Source of the DNA: Chrysomallon squamiferum
Lineage: Eukaryota; Animalia; Mollusca
DNA length: 64,000 nt
NCBI GenBank assembly: GCA_012295275.1
Contig: CM022670.1
Span: 18,104,001-18,168,000, forward strand
Direction of reading: 5' to 3'
The notes beneath the pieces are model-generated. The model ran no database searches, was not told the DNA's origin, and was given only the letters and a program-made list of their open reading frames with translations. The stretch's first letter is position 1. Each line of letters starts with the position of its first letter. The translations under genes were made by a program, and so were the position numbers. Below are positions 41,970 through 56,246 of this stretch, one piece after another.

Positions 41970-44244
41970 TTCTTCTCTCTCCTCTTCTTTTTTTCTTTCA
42001 TACCTTTCTCTTCTTTTCTCCACTGAAATTCTCTATACAGATAACTGTGAATGCTATTCACTGCCATAAGGCCACTTTTTTCAATTTGCATGTTTTTATA
42101 TGAAAAAGAAATGTTCTGACGTCTCTCGCAAAGCTTTAACTCTAGAGACATAATGATTAAACATGAATTTCTAATAATACGTTTTAAAATTTGTATAGAT
42201 GTGACTGTGTCTGTGTGTATGTATGTGCGTGCGTGAATGCTTATGCTGGATGCAGTCACAACTGTACATTATTACACTGAGTATCTGAGGTCATTATTCT
42301 CGATATTGATTAAATTTTTACTAAAGAAATCTTTGCGCAGATTTCAGTCAGGGATTCATGTCAGTTCCATTTTGATAAAGATTTAAACATTTAATTCGTC
42401 TGTGACATTCTTCTGTTTGAAATACTGACAATTCAATTTTGGATAATCATTCGCTGAATGAGTATTTTAGAGTATATGTAGTTAAAAATCAACGTAACCG
42501 ATGTTTTTGAATTATATCATTTTAAACACTGACATTTCCATTTTGATTTAAATGTATTATACTGAAAATTAAATTGTAAATGTGCGACAGAATTTTTTGT
42601 GGTGATATGTCTCTTGTAGCGATAGCTAACTGAGATGCTGTCTATCTGCTTGAATGTCTCATTATCTGTCCTCTTTACTTTCCTCTATGTCTCCACCTTT
42701 TTTCTCTCTCTCATTCCCTTCTGTCTTTCGTCTTTTGTCAATGTGCCTTTTGATTTCTTCCCTTTCTTTCTCGTTTTCTTTTCTATTCTCTGACATTCTC
42801 CTCTCTCCGTTCATCTGTTTTCTCTTGTTATGTCTCTCTGTCTTTGTCTTTCTTAAAGCATTCTATCTTACTTGTCTCTCTTTTCTTTGCTTTCTGTCTC
42901 ACTCATTTTTCTCAGTTCTTTTCTCCCTGTCACATCTCTTTCTGTAGTTCTCTTTACCAATTAAGACTTGATTATGAAACAAAAAACGAAAGAAAAAGAA
43001 AAAAAAAAAAAAAAAAACATGCTTTAAACAAATATATAGAAAACAGGTTACCCTGAATGCTAAGATATGTTAGTAGCTTTTAGACTCACTAGTACATTTG
43101 TTATTTCTATTTCATTCTTATTTCAGAATCGGTTTCTGATCAAAGGTGAAGGATCTGAAATATATTAATTAAATAAACGTTAGTATATTTAAATATTAAC
43201 TGTTATTACTTTAACTGCCTTTGGTTTTTGTTTTGGGGGTTTTTGGTGTTATTATTATTAAATTTTGATTATTATTATTATTATTATTATTATTTGTTTT
43301 TTTTGTACTGATGAATAATTAAGCAAGGGCTACCTAGTTATGTGGGCTGTTTTATATTCATCTTTCAGTAAACCTGACTGATAAAAGAATATTAGAACAT
43401 TGTGTCGAACATATGTAACAGTCTGTGTAACATTTGACTCGTTTTCATTTCTTATGTTTATAACAGTTTAAATGATCACTGACTTGAATATATGTAATGA
43501 CGTTACAAAACACCCAAATTAATTGAAATCTTTAATCTTACACACGTCTGCTCTTTTCACTCATTGAAGGTCTGTTCAAAAGGTTCATCAACAGATTTGC
43601 TTTTAAAATATTTCTGAATAAACACCACTTCGCCTTCTATCAGAAAAGCATTTTGCTCTGACCCATATGTGTAATTCTGACTGACATTCACGGTCGCATT
43701 CGCTGTATGAGATATAATGAACACAAATTGTTAGTAACAGGAAAGTTGGTTGGCCAGCACACATCTTAGATCCCGAGAAAAACATCTGTTTATATAATTC
43801 AGAACTCGTAAAGCGACAAAATGATTTACCATAGGATTCTGGACACCAAACGTGATAACCATTAAAATTGTAATGTTAATATGTAACACGAAGACAGACT
43901 GACAAACAGATAAATACAGTGAAAAAGTTATAAACAAACAACAGAAACACAGACATTCAGACAGAAATGTATATGGAATTATGGAAGGATGGAGGAACAT
44001 TTGTAAATATTTATGTATTTTAAAGAAAAAAAAGAAATGGAATAGCAAAACAAATTAATAAAACGTGAGTATGTAAATTAAAGTTCAGAGAGACAGGCAT
44101 ATACAACAAATCTACAAATACAGAAAATTTAAATAATGAATGAATGTTCAACAACATCTCAACATATTTCTCTATTAACTGTTGTTTGTTGTCAGCTTCT
44201 AGGGGAGGGGTTGTAGGGGTTTTGTGGGGGGGGGGTTATAACAT

Positions 44245-44375
44245 AGAAGATGAAACTCGCTCTACAGGTTAGTTTTATTATTTTCTGTATACTTTCAACA
44301 GACAGGAAAGTAACTGTATTTGTTCATGAACCAGTTGATCCCATAGAAAAAGAACGGGAAATTGCCCAGTGAAGA
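44245..44375 (-). mobile_element. Possible degenerate SINE body fragment
   Basis: The minus strand reads CACTGGGCAATTTCCCGTTC...CAACTGGT...TACTTTCCTGTCTGT...AGCGAGTTTCATCT, similar in motif order to a gastropod SINE I recall. Not verified by search. Confidence 0.35.
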
Positions 44376-44975
44376 ATAATAGTTATATGGATGAAAAAAA
44401 AAAAAAAAAAAAAACAACAACAACCAGACGACATTCAATCTGGCAGAAATATTTCTGAAAACAAAAACAGACCGGCAACTCGCATTATAAGGTAGATGTT
44501 TTTGAAACTTTTTTAATTTTCATCTAAATCAGTAAATTAAATTTGACAGAAATTTTTAAATACTGAAGCCAAACGAAACAGAACGAGTCTTTCCTTGCAC
44601 TAATTTGACTCGAATCGTCTGCTGTTGTTATAATGATTTCAGACAGTTGTCTAGTATAAAGCTGTGTAAGTTTGTCTAATGCACAGTAAAACATATTTGA
44701 GATATTAATTCTTGAAAACAAAGAAACAAATTATTATTTTTTTAATTTAAAACATTATAATAGTATCAGCAGCAACAGCAGCAGCAGCAATAGTGGTAGT
44801 AGTAGTAGGAGGAGGAGTAGGAGAAACAGTAGTAGTAGTATAGCAGTAATAGTAAACGTAGTCGTAGTCGTAGTAGTAATAATAGTAGAAAAGGTAAAAA
44901 GAAAAGGAATGAAACAGAAAATAAAGAAGAAAAGAAACAAAAAGAAAAGAAATTTGAAAATAATAATAATAATAA

Positions 44976-45014
<39 letters not shown>

Positions 45015-46403
45015 ATATAAATTCAATAAAGAAAAAAGAAAACAAAATACGTAAATACATAATCTATATCTTCTTTTATATTGTTTCTTGATCACGTAAC
45101 TGTATTGCAGAATAATAAGAAGAGAACCTGAAAACGAATCATAATATTAAAAAAAAAAAAAAAAAAAAAGGATAAAGTATTTGTCTGCAGAATGGTGGAC
45201 ATTCTTTGTAATGTGTGAATAGACGTATCACGTCTGAAAATGTTGTTGGACCTAATCAGTTGAATGAATTGTCTTTTCTTTTTTTTTTCCTTTTTTTCCT
45301 TTTTCATAATGAATTTATGCTTCGAAAGCGAAATCTATTTTACTGTTCATGCTATAGCCCGTCTTGTACATTAATTTGTGCACTCTTCAATTGTTGTTTA
45401 TTGAGGTATTAGAATTCCAAACAGACAGCTCAAACAGGCGCTTCTGAAAAGAATAATCTTACACGTAATAGAAGCCGAATGTTAAAAACGAAGAAGGCAT
45501 AAATGATGTATTGCGTAAAAAGAAAAGCTTAAGTATATATTATTACCCTCTTAAACGATTGTTTCCGAGAATTTCTTCTTCTTCTTTTTAAACAGCTTAT
45601 TTAATGAACGCTAATGTTTACTGCGCAATACAGATTAAAATTGTAATAGTTTTAAATGATTGTTTCCGCCTGTTGAAGCACATATCAAGTTAAAGAGGAA
45701 AGAGACTTTCCATCTCCAACTGTGTAACACGTCAGCGATGTAATAAGGACAGTTAAAAAATGATTCAAAATCAATTCCTTCCATGCGTCCATCAAACCTG
45801 ACAACACTGGTTATTACAGAGTGAACGCAGTTAAGCTCTGTGTAATTAAAATAAAAGTAGCGTGGTTATCCCCCGTTATTAAAAGCTGTATAATTCCCAC
45901 GTAATATTACGTTAGTGTAATTTGTTTCTAGAAAACTCTGTGAGCTTTAGTCTTTGTCATAACATTACGTCGTGTTGTTTGTGTCCTCTTATTACGTCAT
46001 CACATTTCAGTGATAATTATTGGTTATGCTGTTTTGCTCGTTCTAACCAAAACAATTCACATTTCCATATTTTCTAATATTCCGGTTTGTTGATTACGGA
46101 TCAGTATGATAAAATGTTCAAGACATTGCAGATGATGACGATGATGATGATGATGATGATGAGCAAGGTAATGCTAACTGATGATGACTGTTAATGAAGA
46201 TTATAATGAAAATAGTAAAATGCAATAAACTCATTGTTAACTTTTTGTACAAACATACCACAAGTCAGCGGTGAAATATTATTTTGTAAATACTGACATA
46301 GATAATAACAGATCCAAAAACCTTTTTTTTAAATGAAAAAATCAAAAATTATATTTTATAATTTTAAATATTAATTTTTAAATAAAAGGAACACATATGC
46401 CAG

Positions 46404-46454
<51 letters not shown>

Positions 46455-47338
46455 TGAGTGTGTGTGTGTTTGTGTACACAATTATGTATATATGTATGTT
46501 TGCAAATATACATAAGTACACTCACAGAAAACATCACATAAACAAACCAATCTTTAAAACATTCTAATATATGGTCTTCAAAAAGTATACATTAATATAT
46601 TTATCTACTATTTGTCATGTATACTGTACAATTAAATCACTTACGTTCTTTTATGAAACCTATAGTTTGTCAATTTCCGTTGACACAGTTTGGCAGACTT
46701 AGGCAAAACGACTTGAAATTATAGTTTTTGTTCGTATTTTAATGAAGATTAAATATTCTATCATTAAGTGCCTCGCCATCTGTTTTTCTCTGTCTGTAAT
46801 TTATGTCAGTCTGTATTTTTATCAGTCTGTCTTCTGTCTCTATCTGTCTGTCTCTCTGTCGGTCTGTCTGTCTGCCTATCTCTATCCATTTCACTATCTT
46901 TATTTCTCTTCCTATTTTCTTTTTCTCTCTCACTTTCTACGTATCCTTGTCTGTCTTCTTTTTTGTTAAATGGAATGTGCTCTGTTCTACATAAAATACT
47001 TGATAATGGCATTAACTTGAAATGATAAATACAGACGCGAGGCTTTAAAAATATAGAATTTCTATTTCTTAAGAGAAAAGGATTATAAAGAGATGTAATT
47101 GCTACCAATATTGTTAGAATTATACGAACATCCACAAACCTTAATTACTGGCTGTTTTACAGGTTATATTCATTAGATGGACAAATACAGAAATAAGATG
47201 ATTAAAAAATAAAAATGCAAAACTAAACAAGTTTCAAAAAAGAGGAGAGAAAAAGAAGAAAATACATACAGCAGTTCTTAATAAACAAAGTTTTGTTTTT
47301 AGTTGTCAGTTTGTATTGTAAAAATATAACTTAAGATG

Positions 47339-47465
<127 letters not shown>

Positions 47466-47705
47466 GTGTATATTGTAACAGCTGATACTGCAAAGAGATC
47501 TCCAGAAGTCTACTCCTGCTGATTTGTTTGTGTTAAAGATACAATACACACAGCTTATAAGATCCTTGTTCTAACGGACAGCATTGCTGGTTTCAAGGCC
47601 GGCTCTAAGTTTTAAGTTTCATTCTCAATGAATCCATTAGTAATTGTAAACTTACACGACTCTTAGACAGAAATTCGACATGGAGGACACATGGTGTTCG
47701 AAGAT

Positions 47706-47812
47706 TAAATCAAACGCTATTGCTGATTGCCTGGACCACGACAGCAGATCAAACCCTGGCGTTGATTGGTTGGTCAAGAACGACTAGATCAAACCCCATA
47801 GTTGACTGGTTG
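47706..47812. repeat. Three diverged ~40-bp tandem units
   Basis: ARATCAAAC-N6-GYTGAYTGSYTG at 47707, 47746 and 47786. Confidence 0.7.
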
Positions 47813-48515
47813 AGATGAGAATGTTTACGCACGTGCACTGTGTTGAAGAAGATACAAGTTGGCATTAGTTGATATAATTAAAGATTAAGAAAAATAAACA
47901 ACAATAAAGTTGCTAAATAAAATGATAAACATGAAATCGGGGAGAGTTAAGGATGAAAGAGAAAGAGAGGAGCGATAAATATTCAAATTGGAAACACAGA
48001 CATACATTTACGTACAAATACACAGACGCAAACAGACAAACATGAAGACGTGTGTGTATACCTATAGAAATACATAGACACAAATATACATATGGACAAC
48101 TTAAGCATACAAACATACATACTTACATACATACATATATACATATATACATATATACATACATACATATATATACATATATTCATACATACATACAAAA
48201 CAACATAGATACAATCACACATCTAGCTACATTCAGATGTGTGTAACATATATATATATATACAGACATTCCGTCCCCATACAGACACTCGTACGTATGT
48301 ACCTACTCTAATAATAAAAATACAATAATAAACCAAATCTTTTAAGACTTGGAAATTATTCAGCTAGAAATATATCAAAACATTTATACATACCATGTAA
48401 GTAATATTTTTATATCATTACAATTACAAGATGTCCGAATTAATTATTTTCGTAATGTATTATGCCGTATATTTATCGTTTCCTATTTCTATGTCTACCA
48501 TCTTCATACTTGTGT

Positions 48516-48585
48516 TTGTAAACAGAACAGACACGCCGTCAAAGAAAATGAAAAAATCGGTGAAACTGCGAGGGAGAAAACAAAA
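48516..48585 (+). repeat. Dispersed repeat, diverged partial copy 3
   Basis: TTGTAAACAGAACAGACACGCCG...AACTGCGAGGGAGAAAACA aligns with the core of copies 1 and 2. Confidence 0.6.
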
Positions 48586-49286
48586 ATGGGGACATTTTCC
48601 TGGTTTCATTTTCCTTCGTAAATAAGCTTATTTGCAACATTCAGCGAACGAAAACCTTCTTCGCCCATTCATCAAAATTAATACTAGATCTAATAAGTGA
48701 CACAGATAGATCATGACCGAAATAAAATTAAATCTCCGTGTAATACAAAACAGAAACCAAACCACGTACTATAAGACGAGATGTTTATTCAGGGAGTAAC
48801 CACAGTTTCTAAAAGAGGAGCCGCCGATGCTATGTATGTATATAACTTTAAAAATAAGATTAAAAAAAAGTGTATGTACACAATACATTATTGCACGCAC
48901 ATATACGCATATATATAACTTCGATGGTTAAACATATTGCTGTTTTTTTGCGCGTGCACTTTTCATCCTCTGGTTCCGCGTTTGTTTTGCCTTTGAAAAT
49001 GAGAAGGAATGGTCAGTCTGAGATATCCAAGTCAATAAGTTAATTCTATTGACACTGCTCGCTATCTCAGTTACTCGATCCATAAAATACACTTAATAAT
49101 GATCTGTCATGTTCGATATTTTCACTTGCTTTCAGAAATAATTCTTATCATTCACTAGCATCTCAGAAATAGTAAAAGTTCATACAGTAAAAAATAGACA
49201 GATTGATGGATACACGAATAAAAAAAAAAATTAAGAATGTGTAAAGAAAGACGTATGAACATGATAACAGTCGAACGAACAGTTAT

Positions 49287-49350
<64 letters not shown>

Positions 49351-50140
49351 GAGGATAAAAGGAAGTAGTTGTAATAAAGTAATAAATATATAAGTAAAAA
49401 ACAATACACACACATACAGAAAGAGAGCGGACGGACAGAGGCAGAGAGACCAAAAAGCAGTAAAAAAAAAAAAAAAAGTAGTAAAGTAATAAATAAATAA
49501 ATATAACAACAAAAAAAAAAAAAAAAAAAAACAGAATGAAAATAAAATACTTATTGCCCTTAAAACTATAACCATATATCCGCACGCATTCAGGTTCTCA
49601 CACATAATGAATTGTTTACGTCTTGCCAGCATCAGTTCAAAAAGCCATAATAGAGGCATGTCACTTCACATTAAATATTACTAAAAGAATACACATACCA
49701 CAGTCCATATTAGTAAAGTGTTATGCGTTAAGAACTCTAAAACGATAAATCTTTATCTAATTTTTCTTCTTCAAGTGTATCAAGGCGGCGCAGTGTTTAT
49801 ATCGTTTGTCTCTATCTACCGTGGTTTACGAATCCTGGTTGCAGCACAAAGGCGCCATCTGTAGAGTTCACCGACAAACAGCTCGATTCATAACTGCAAC
49901 AAACCTGCACCCGATCATTTGGTTTCAGCTGAAATGATAGATGTTTTCTGACTGGGCTGAAAGTTTAGCTTACATTTTTATCATAGTCAATCTAATCATA
50001 TTTAGAGAGAGTCGCTCTGTTCGTTTGGCGCCAAATTGTATATACTGTTGTAAGGTGTGAAGTCGTATGTTAAGCTTATCTTTGACATTTAAGGAGGAAA
50101 AGTTTAAATGATACAGTAGAGTATTTTATGTGTGCGAGTG

Positions 50141-50250
<110 letters not shown>

Positions 50251-52189
50251 ATGACGTAGAGATAAAGGGAAGAATGACGGACAGAACAAATCGATTAAAA
50301 CGTTTATTTATTTTTTATTTTCAAATATTATTTTGCAAACTTTCTTCTTATTTAAACATCTTCAGACACTTCTTTATTAATACATTTTCTTTTTACCCTT
50401 GGGTTCTATGTTACAAAACAGGAGAGGATAATTATTTTCCACTGTTATCGTCTTTATCTCCAAAATTTGAAAGAAAATTAACTTTCACTTGGGAATATTG
50501 TGTCATTTTCAATGAAGTAACGTCAATAAAGTTTCACGCAGATTTGCCTTTCATAATTTATTGCTGTAATCTGCGTGTTTTAACGTCGGTTAAACATACA
50601 TCCCGAAACAAATTACCCAGACCCTGTCTCGATAAACGATTCCCACTAGAATCCACAGGATAATAGTCCTTTCTTCCGAGTTAAATTAAACCACGGAAAA
50701 CTGCGCATCGCACTAGCGCCTACGTTTATTTCTTTCATTTACTGCGACAGAAACTTTGGTTACAGAAGCATTTAACTTTTATTTTAGTAACAAATAATAA
50801 AGACTCTAAACTCCTTGAAAAAGTGAAGTTACTGTTTCCGCTGTTCGCGGAGAAGTTCATTTTAATACAGTATTTATTCAAAATCTTAATACGTTTGCTA
50901 ACAGGAAAGCTGATTTTATTGAATAAGTTTTTTTTTTTTAAGAGAAAATATATGGTTCACACTAAAAAATATTTGAAATATTAATTTATTGCTGCATCAT
51001 CTTAGAGTAATGTTGGGTTTTTTTAAATTCATTTTTTTTATTATTAATATTATATCATAAATTTTTATTTATATCCTTTTCATGTTACATTATATGGAAA
51101 TTTTCTTTCATCTATAGATGAAGTTCGTCCTGTTATTAACTGCAATTTATTGGCCATCTTATTTATATCATGTTTTCCTAAAATTATGTTTTGCATAATA
51201 AAATTAAATTATGTTTGTATTTACGGTTATATACAAGTTTGATGAATGCAAATGCCAGTCGTGATTCAGTGGTTAGTGTATTGGCTCAGTGTTTTTGAAG
51301 ATCAACTCTCGCCTCTGTTTCCTGGCTACTGTTTCCCATACTAAGCACTATGCTAATTTATCAAACACGTTGGTAAGCACTTTTCTGATGATATACTAGT
51401 ACATATAAAAACAAATCCTTTGTAATCAAGTGATAAATTATTCATGCTAAAAAAAAACAATAGAGAGGAGAGACCGACAGGCAGACAGACAAACAGGCAG
51501 ACAGACAAACAGGCAGACAGACAGAGACAGACAGACAGATAGATAGAAAGAGACAGACAGCAGGCAAACAGACACTCAGACAAACAAACAGACAGGTAGT
51601 ATGATGATAGAGACAACCAAAGAAAAGAAAAGAACTGTAAATATTGTCTGATTATTGTCAATATTAAATTAAAAATATATGAACGTATCGTTTTAAAAAT
51701 ATTCATTTATTAAGTAGCATTTCCAATATTAAATCAGCACTCCATTATATTTTTTTTTTTTTTTTACAGATCTATAAAATACTGGTTATTATTTTCCTTT
51801 TCTCTGAACGTTTTAAACGAATCTCACTTAATTTATTTCATTATTAAGATGTAAAATTTCTTGTCAGGACACGTCATAGACATGCCTAAATATAGACTGC
51901 CTGTAATAAACTGTCTAAAAAGGAAAAATTACTTTACTACCCAGTCGAGAAAAGCCAATAATTAATACCCTTTAGTACGCAGTATCTAAAAGTCTTATTT
52001 TGTTTAATAAAGTTTTATGCCAAGCTTAATCAATTATGTCAGGTATTATAGCATGATAGTTACATGTGTAGCTATAAACATCACAGCAACTGTACGTGTG
52101 TCTGTCAACAGTGTCATTTCTTATTTTTAAAATGTGTTAAAGATATACAGTTCCTTTTAAATATGTGTTACTGATATCATTACGATATT

Positions 52190-52600
52190 TTAAAGTTTAT
52201 ATCATCCTTCTGTTTTAAGTATGGTAGGGACATTGTATACGTTTTAATAAGTGTACCCCTATTCTTCTAAAATCTGTATTAATCATATCACCCTTTCCTT
52301 TTAAAATCTCTGTTAATGACGTCATTAATGATATAACCCTTCTCTTTTAAAGTCTATATTAATGATATCATCTTTCTCTTCTAAAGTGTGAATTAATGAT
52401 ATCATCCCTTCTTTTAAAAGTCTGCATTAATGATATCATCCTTCTTTTTTAAAGTCTGTATTAATGATATCACCTTTGTCTTTTAAAGTCTGTATTAACA
52501 ATATCAACCTTCTCTTCTAAAGTCTGTATTAGTAATATGACCCTTCGCTTTTAAAATCTGTATTAATAATATGACCCTTCTCTTTTAAAATCTGTATTAA
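52190..52600. repeat. Diverged 34-bp minisatellite, about 10 or more copies
   Basis: Consensus close to AGTCTGTATTAATGATATCACCCTTCTCTTTTAA, clearest at 52270-52600 and decaying leftwards. Confidence 0.9.
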
Positions 52601-52729
52601 ATCATTATTCGATTCAGATATCTTCTTACAAGTTTGGATTTACAACATCTTAAACTGATTCAGTTATATTACAACTGTCACATTAAAGAGATAAATTATG
52701 AACATCAATTCCTGTATCAATTATTTTTT

Positions 52730-53000
52730 CAGGGATGACTGGACAGATATGATTAGGAATGCACAATGAGATGATTTCCGTGCTAAGCAGAGAAACTGCG
52801 GCGTGCACGTAAAACCCCGTCTACGATTGGTTAATTTTACGCTCACCGTTCCTGAAAATCGTCTGCTCTGAAGAAACTCTGATTCGCGTGAGTGTTTGGT
52901 CGAAGTACACCTCGTAGGCAAAAAGCTGGTTTCATTGGAAACGAATACTGTGGTACGGCACTGCGGGGAAATCTTTAGAGAAAGCCAGACGACTTCGGAT
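52730..53000 (+). promoter_or_regulatory. Candidate proximal promoter or 5' UTR of the receptor
   Basis: CpG-rich island 370-640 bp upstream of the ATG, with a reverse CCAAT box (GATTGG near 52825) and GCGTGCACGTA at 52801-52811. The TSS cannot be determined from sequence. Confidence 0.4.
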
Positions 53001-53373
53001 GAATTGCTATATCAGAGTATGTGAAACCAGTCTACGGATTATGTTCTGAGCTGAGTTATATTTGTCTCCCCTGGTAATGCTCTTCCAGCATTTTGTTCAG
53101 AGATTCCGTCAATTGATTTAACGACTCACACAAGCAGAAGAAAATAATTTTAATAAAATTGTTTGTTTCGTAACAAACTGCCGAGCTTGCTTTTCATAAT
53201 GAACGAAATATTTTAAATCTGGAAAGAACAAAAAAAAAAAAAAAAACAGGTGTCATTACGAATTATTTAATGTCTGGATTATAAAAAATAATAATAATAA
53301 TAATAATAATAATAATTTTTAAAATTTTTAAAAAATAAACAGAAAGAAAAAATTATAACATAATTAAATAATC

Positions 53374-53754
53374 ATGGATTTGACGACAGTGGAAACGTCA
53401 AATCTGACTAACGACTCGAACGATTCTGAAGTTAAGTGCTGGAATGAGTACTGTTGGACTGAGGAAGAATACCTGAACGCGGTGGAGGAACACATTTTCC
53501 CACGTCCCTACGAATGGTTCTTCGTCGTTCTGTACACGGTGGTCTTCATCCTGGGCCTGGCTGGTAATTTCCTTGTGGTGTATGCAGTCTGGCGGAACCA
53601 CACAATGAGAACTGTGACCAACGTCTTCATCGTTAATCTGGCGATCGGGGATTTTCTTGTCATCCTGGTCTGTCTCCCCCCGACGCTCGTTCAGGACATC
53701 GCCCTGACATGGTACCTGGGCACGCCCACCTGTAAGATTCTGCTCTTTATACAG
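53374..53754 (+). CDS. HCRTR-like: First coding exon (127 codons, N-terminus to mid-TM3) of an orexin/allatotropin receptor-family class A GPCR; partial gene
   Basis: Translation MDLTT...CWNEYCWTEEEYLNAVEEHIFPRPYEW-FFVVLYTVVFILGLAGNFLVVYAVWRNHTMRTVTNVFIVNLAIGDFLVILVCLPPTL...WYLG..CKILLFIQ. It shows TM1 GN, TM2 NLAxxD and ECL1 WxxG-C motifs, plus the orexin-receptor signatures P..YEW and AVWRNHxMRTVTN. Start context is aatcATGG, the GC content is much higher than the flanks, and a canonical donor CAG|GTAAGT lies at 53754/53755. The last ORF residues (VSTEII) are intronic read-through. Confidence 0.95.
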
Positions 53755-54994
53755 GTAAGTACCGAGATAATATAATACAGATACTTTGCCACGTGCTTAA
53801 TATAGAATACGGAAGCAATCTGGTTAAAACTGTTTTTACTTTTTATATTACAGTTGACTCCGAAAATTATTTTTTAGCAGTCCAGTTTTTTCGGTAAACA
53901 TGTTATTTTGATGCTATTCAGTATGCTAGAATACTATAGCCAATATGATTTACTTGAGTTTAACCTGGTCTCAGTAGTATCTATAGGTGCAATTTCAAAT
54001 TATGAACATGTTCATGTTAAAATTATATCATTTTAATTTTAACCTGAATACTAGAGAGTTTTCGCACATTCGGGTGCATTCTTGAAATTCTATACCCGCC
54101 ATTAATGCGGTCTGTCTGTATATAAACACGACAGTTGCCTGACAAATACAGTATATGTACTGACTAAATAATTATCAAGTATATTAATTAATTAATTTGA
54201 TTTATTTTAATTTGATTTATTTTACTTATCATATCTGCTATTGATATTACTATTCCTATTATAACTACTACTGTCAACAATTACTACCAGTATTACTATC
54301 ACTACTACTAGTACTTTTACTGATATTGTATATCAGTATGTCTATTGTGTGTCTGTTTATCTATCCGTCTGTCTCTCTCTGTCTCTTTGTCTCTCTATCT
54401 ATCTATTTATTTAGCTATTATGTAATTTCATACAATAAAACTTTGTAATATAAACTAAAGTTGATATTAGTGCTTTACACGAGAGAATTTGTTAGGTGAA
54501 TCGAAATTATTAAAACTAATTTAGAAAATAACACCACTCATTTTGAGAAGAAATTATATTTAAATTTCGAAAAAAATTAAATTTTCTAAATACAGAAAAA
54601 TCCTGTACACAACGACATTACACTGGAGTTAATCAGTAGTACTTTCAAGCAGGATTATTTCATTTTTACTTTTTATTTCTGGCTCTGGTCGCTAAAAGAA
54701 ATACTAAAACTATCTGAGAAGTATTCATATCCCTTTAGGCCATTTTCTAATATAATATATTACCGCTTTAAACTAGTTTATTGCTCGTTTAAACGGCTTA
54801 AACGACTTAAACAGAACACATAAGCGATGTCATGCGTACCATCCATTTCCTTCGATGTGTTAATCCAATTTTGTTTCCGTTGTTTGGCATTTGTCATATT
54901 TGTCACTTTCAAGTAAGATAAAGCTGTCCATTGTAATATGAAACTGTTCAATTAATTTTGTATTTTTTAAGACGGATATTTATAATTATTATCT

Positions 54995-55110
54995 GGAGTT
55001 GACGTAGTTATGGTTTTGAAATGCGTCAGTGTTGTGGATCGATGTACAATCCGCTTAGGATCGATTCCCGACATTGGATGGCTTGATTTTATTCATGTTT
55101 TTTTAACCTG
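54995..55110 (+). mobile_element. Possible degenerate tRNA-derived SINE head
   Basis: A-box-like GACGTAGTTATGGT and B-box-like TAGGATCGATTCCC. The 13-mer CTTAGGATCGATT (55054-55066) also occurs at 984-996. Family assignment rests on recollection only. Confidence 0.35.
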
Positions 55111-56192
55111 CATTCCACAGCTCCTGTTATAAACGACGTGATATAAAAAGTGTTTTTTTTTTAACACGTCCTAAATATATCATTTAATTAAATACAAATC
55201 ATAACAAATAAGATTTTAAAAATGAAATAACAGCAGTAATTTAAAATATTTCATTACTATTTTTATGACAGAAAATGTATTTAATTATCACCTTAGATAG
55301 ACAAAGTAATCCAAATAAATGTAATTTAAAATTTTCACTTTTTACTCTAGGGCATTTTATTTGTGACAACTTTTACAGAGTATTGATGCAAAACGATTTA
55401 TAAATAGCATAACCTACAAAAGAAATTGTAAATAGGTCAGTGTATTAAGCGATTAGTTTTATCAACATGAATACCCTATCTCTAGATTGAGTTTAAATTA
55501 TGAACAGGACTATGGTGCAGTTATGTTATACATACGACAACATTTACAAACTGAAAAAAGAAAGATAAAGCAAATTCTATTCAGGAGAACAGAAGTCTTT
55601 AGATTGCGCATGAACAGTTTTGTTAAAGAAAATATTAAAATACGAAAATGTTTCTCTTTACGTTATTTCATCTGTCCTTTCTTTTATTTTATTTGAGGGC
55701 ACACCAAATTAAAAACAGTATTTCTTTACTTCATGAACAGTTTTGAAATACTTTTTTGTAACAGGTTGAGAGTAGTTTTAAATTATGATTTATTCCAGTT
55801 CATCCCAATATATTATTCTTTAATAAATAATTACTATCTACAGTTTATTTCTTAAATAAAAATCTAAACACGAGCCAAATATACAGTTACGTAAATAATT
55901 AGACACGAGATAATATTCATGCCTGTAGTGATTATACATGTAATGATGCATGAGCGGGACAAGAATACATTTTTTTAAATAAGCGACAGAAAAAAAGCCT
56001 CTAGGAGTGGTAAATTAACAGTTGTTTAAGTAATTTAAAAATTACGAGAAGACTGCTCTTCCGGAACCACGTACATTTAGTACAGCTACACACCAGCGGC
56101 GGTTTCAGGGGAGGTTATAACGCACCGAATATCCTTCGTCTGCCTAGATTTCCTGCCGGCGAAGGAAGAAAAAGAAAAATGCCAAAAAGGAC

Positions 56193-56246
<54 letters not shown>

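Noticed and set aside
51256-51330. tRNA-like start GTCGTGATTCAGTGGTTAG
   Set aside because: No cloverleaf or intact B box; at most a decayed SINE head.
53398-53601. Antisense ORF over the receptor exon
   Set aside because: Shadow ORF of a GC-rich coding exon.
53755-53775. ORF-track stop at 53775 implying a truncated 133-aa receptor
   Set aside because: A canonical splice donor at 53755 shows the last codons are intronic.
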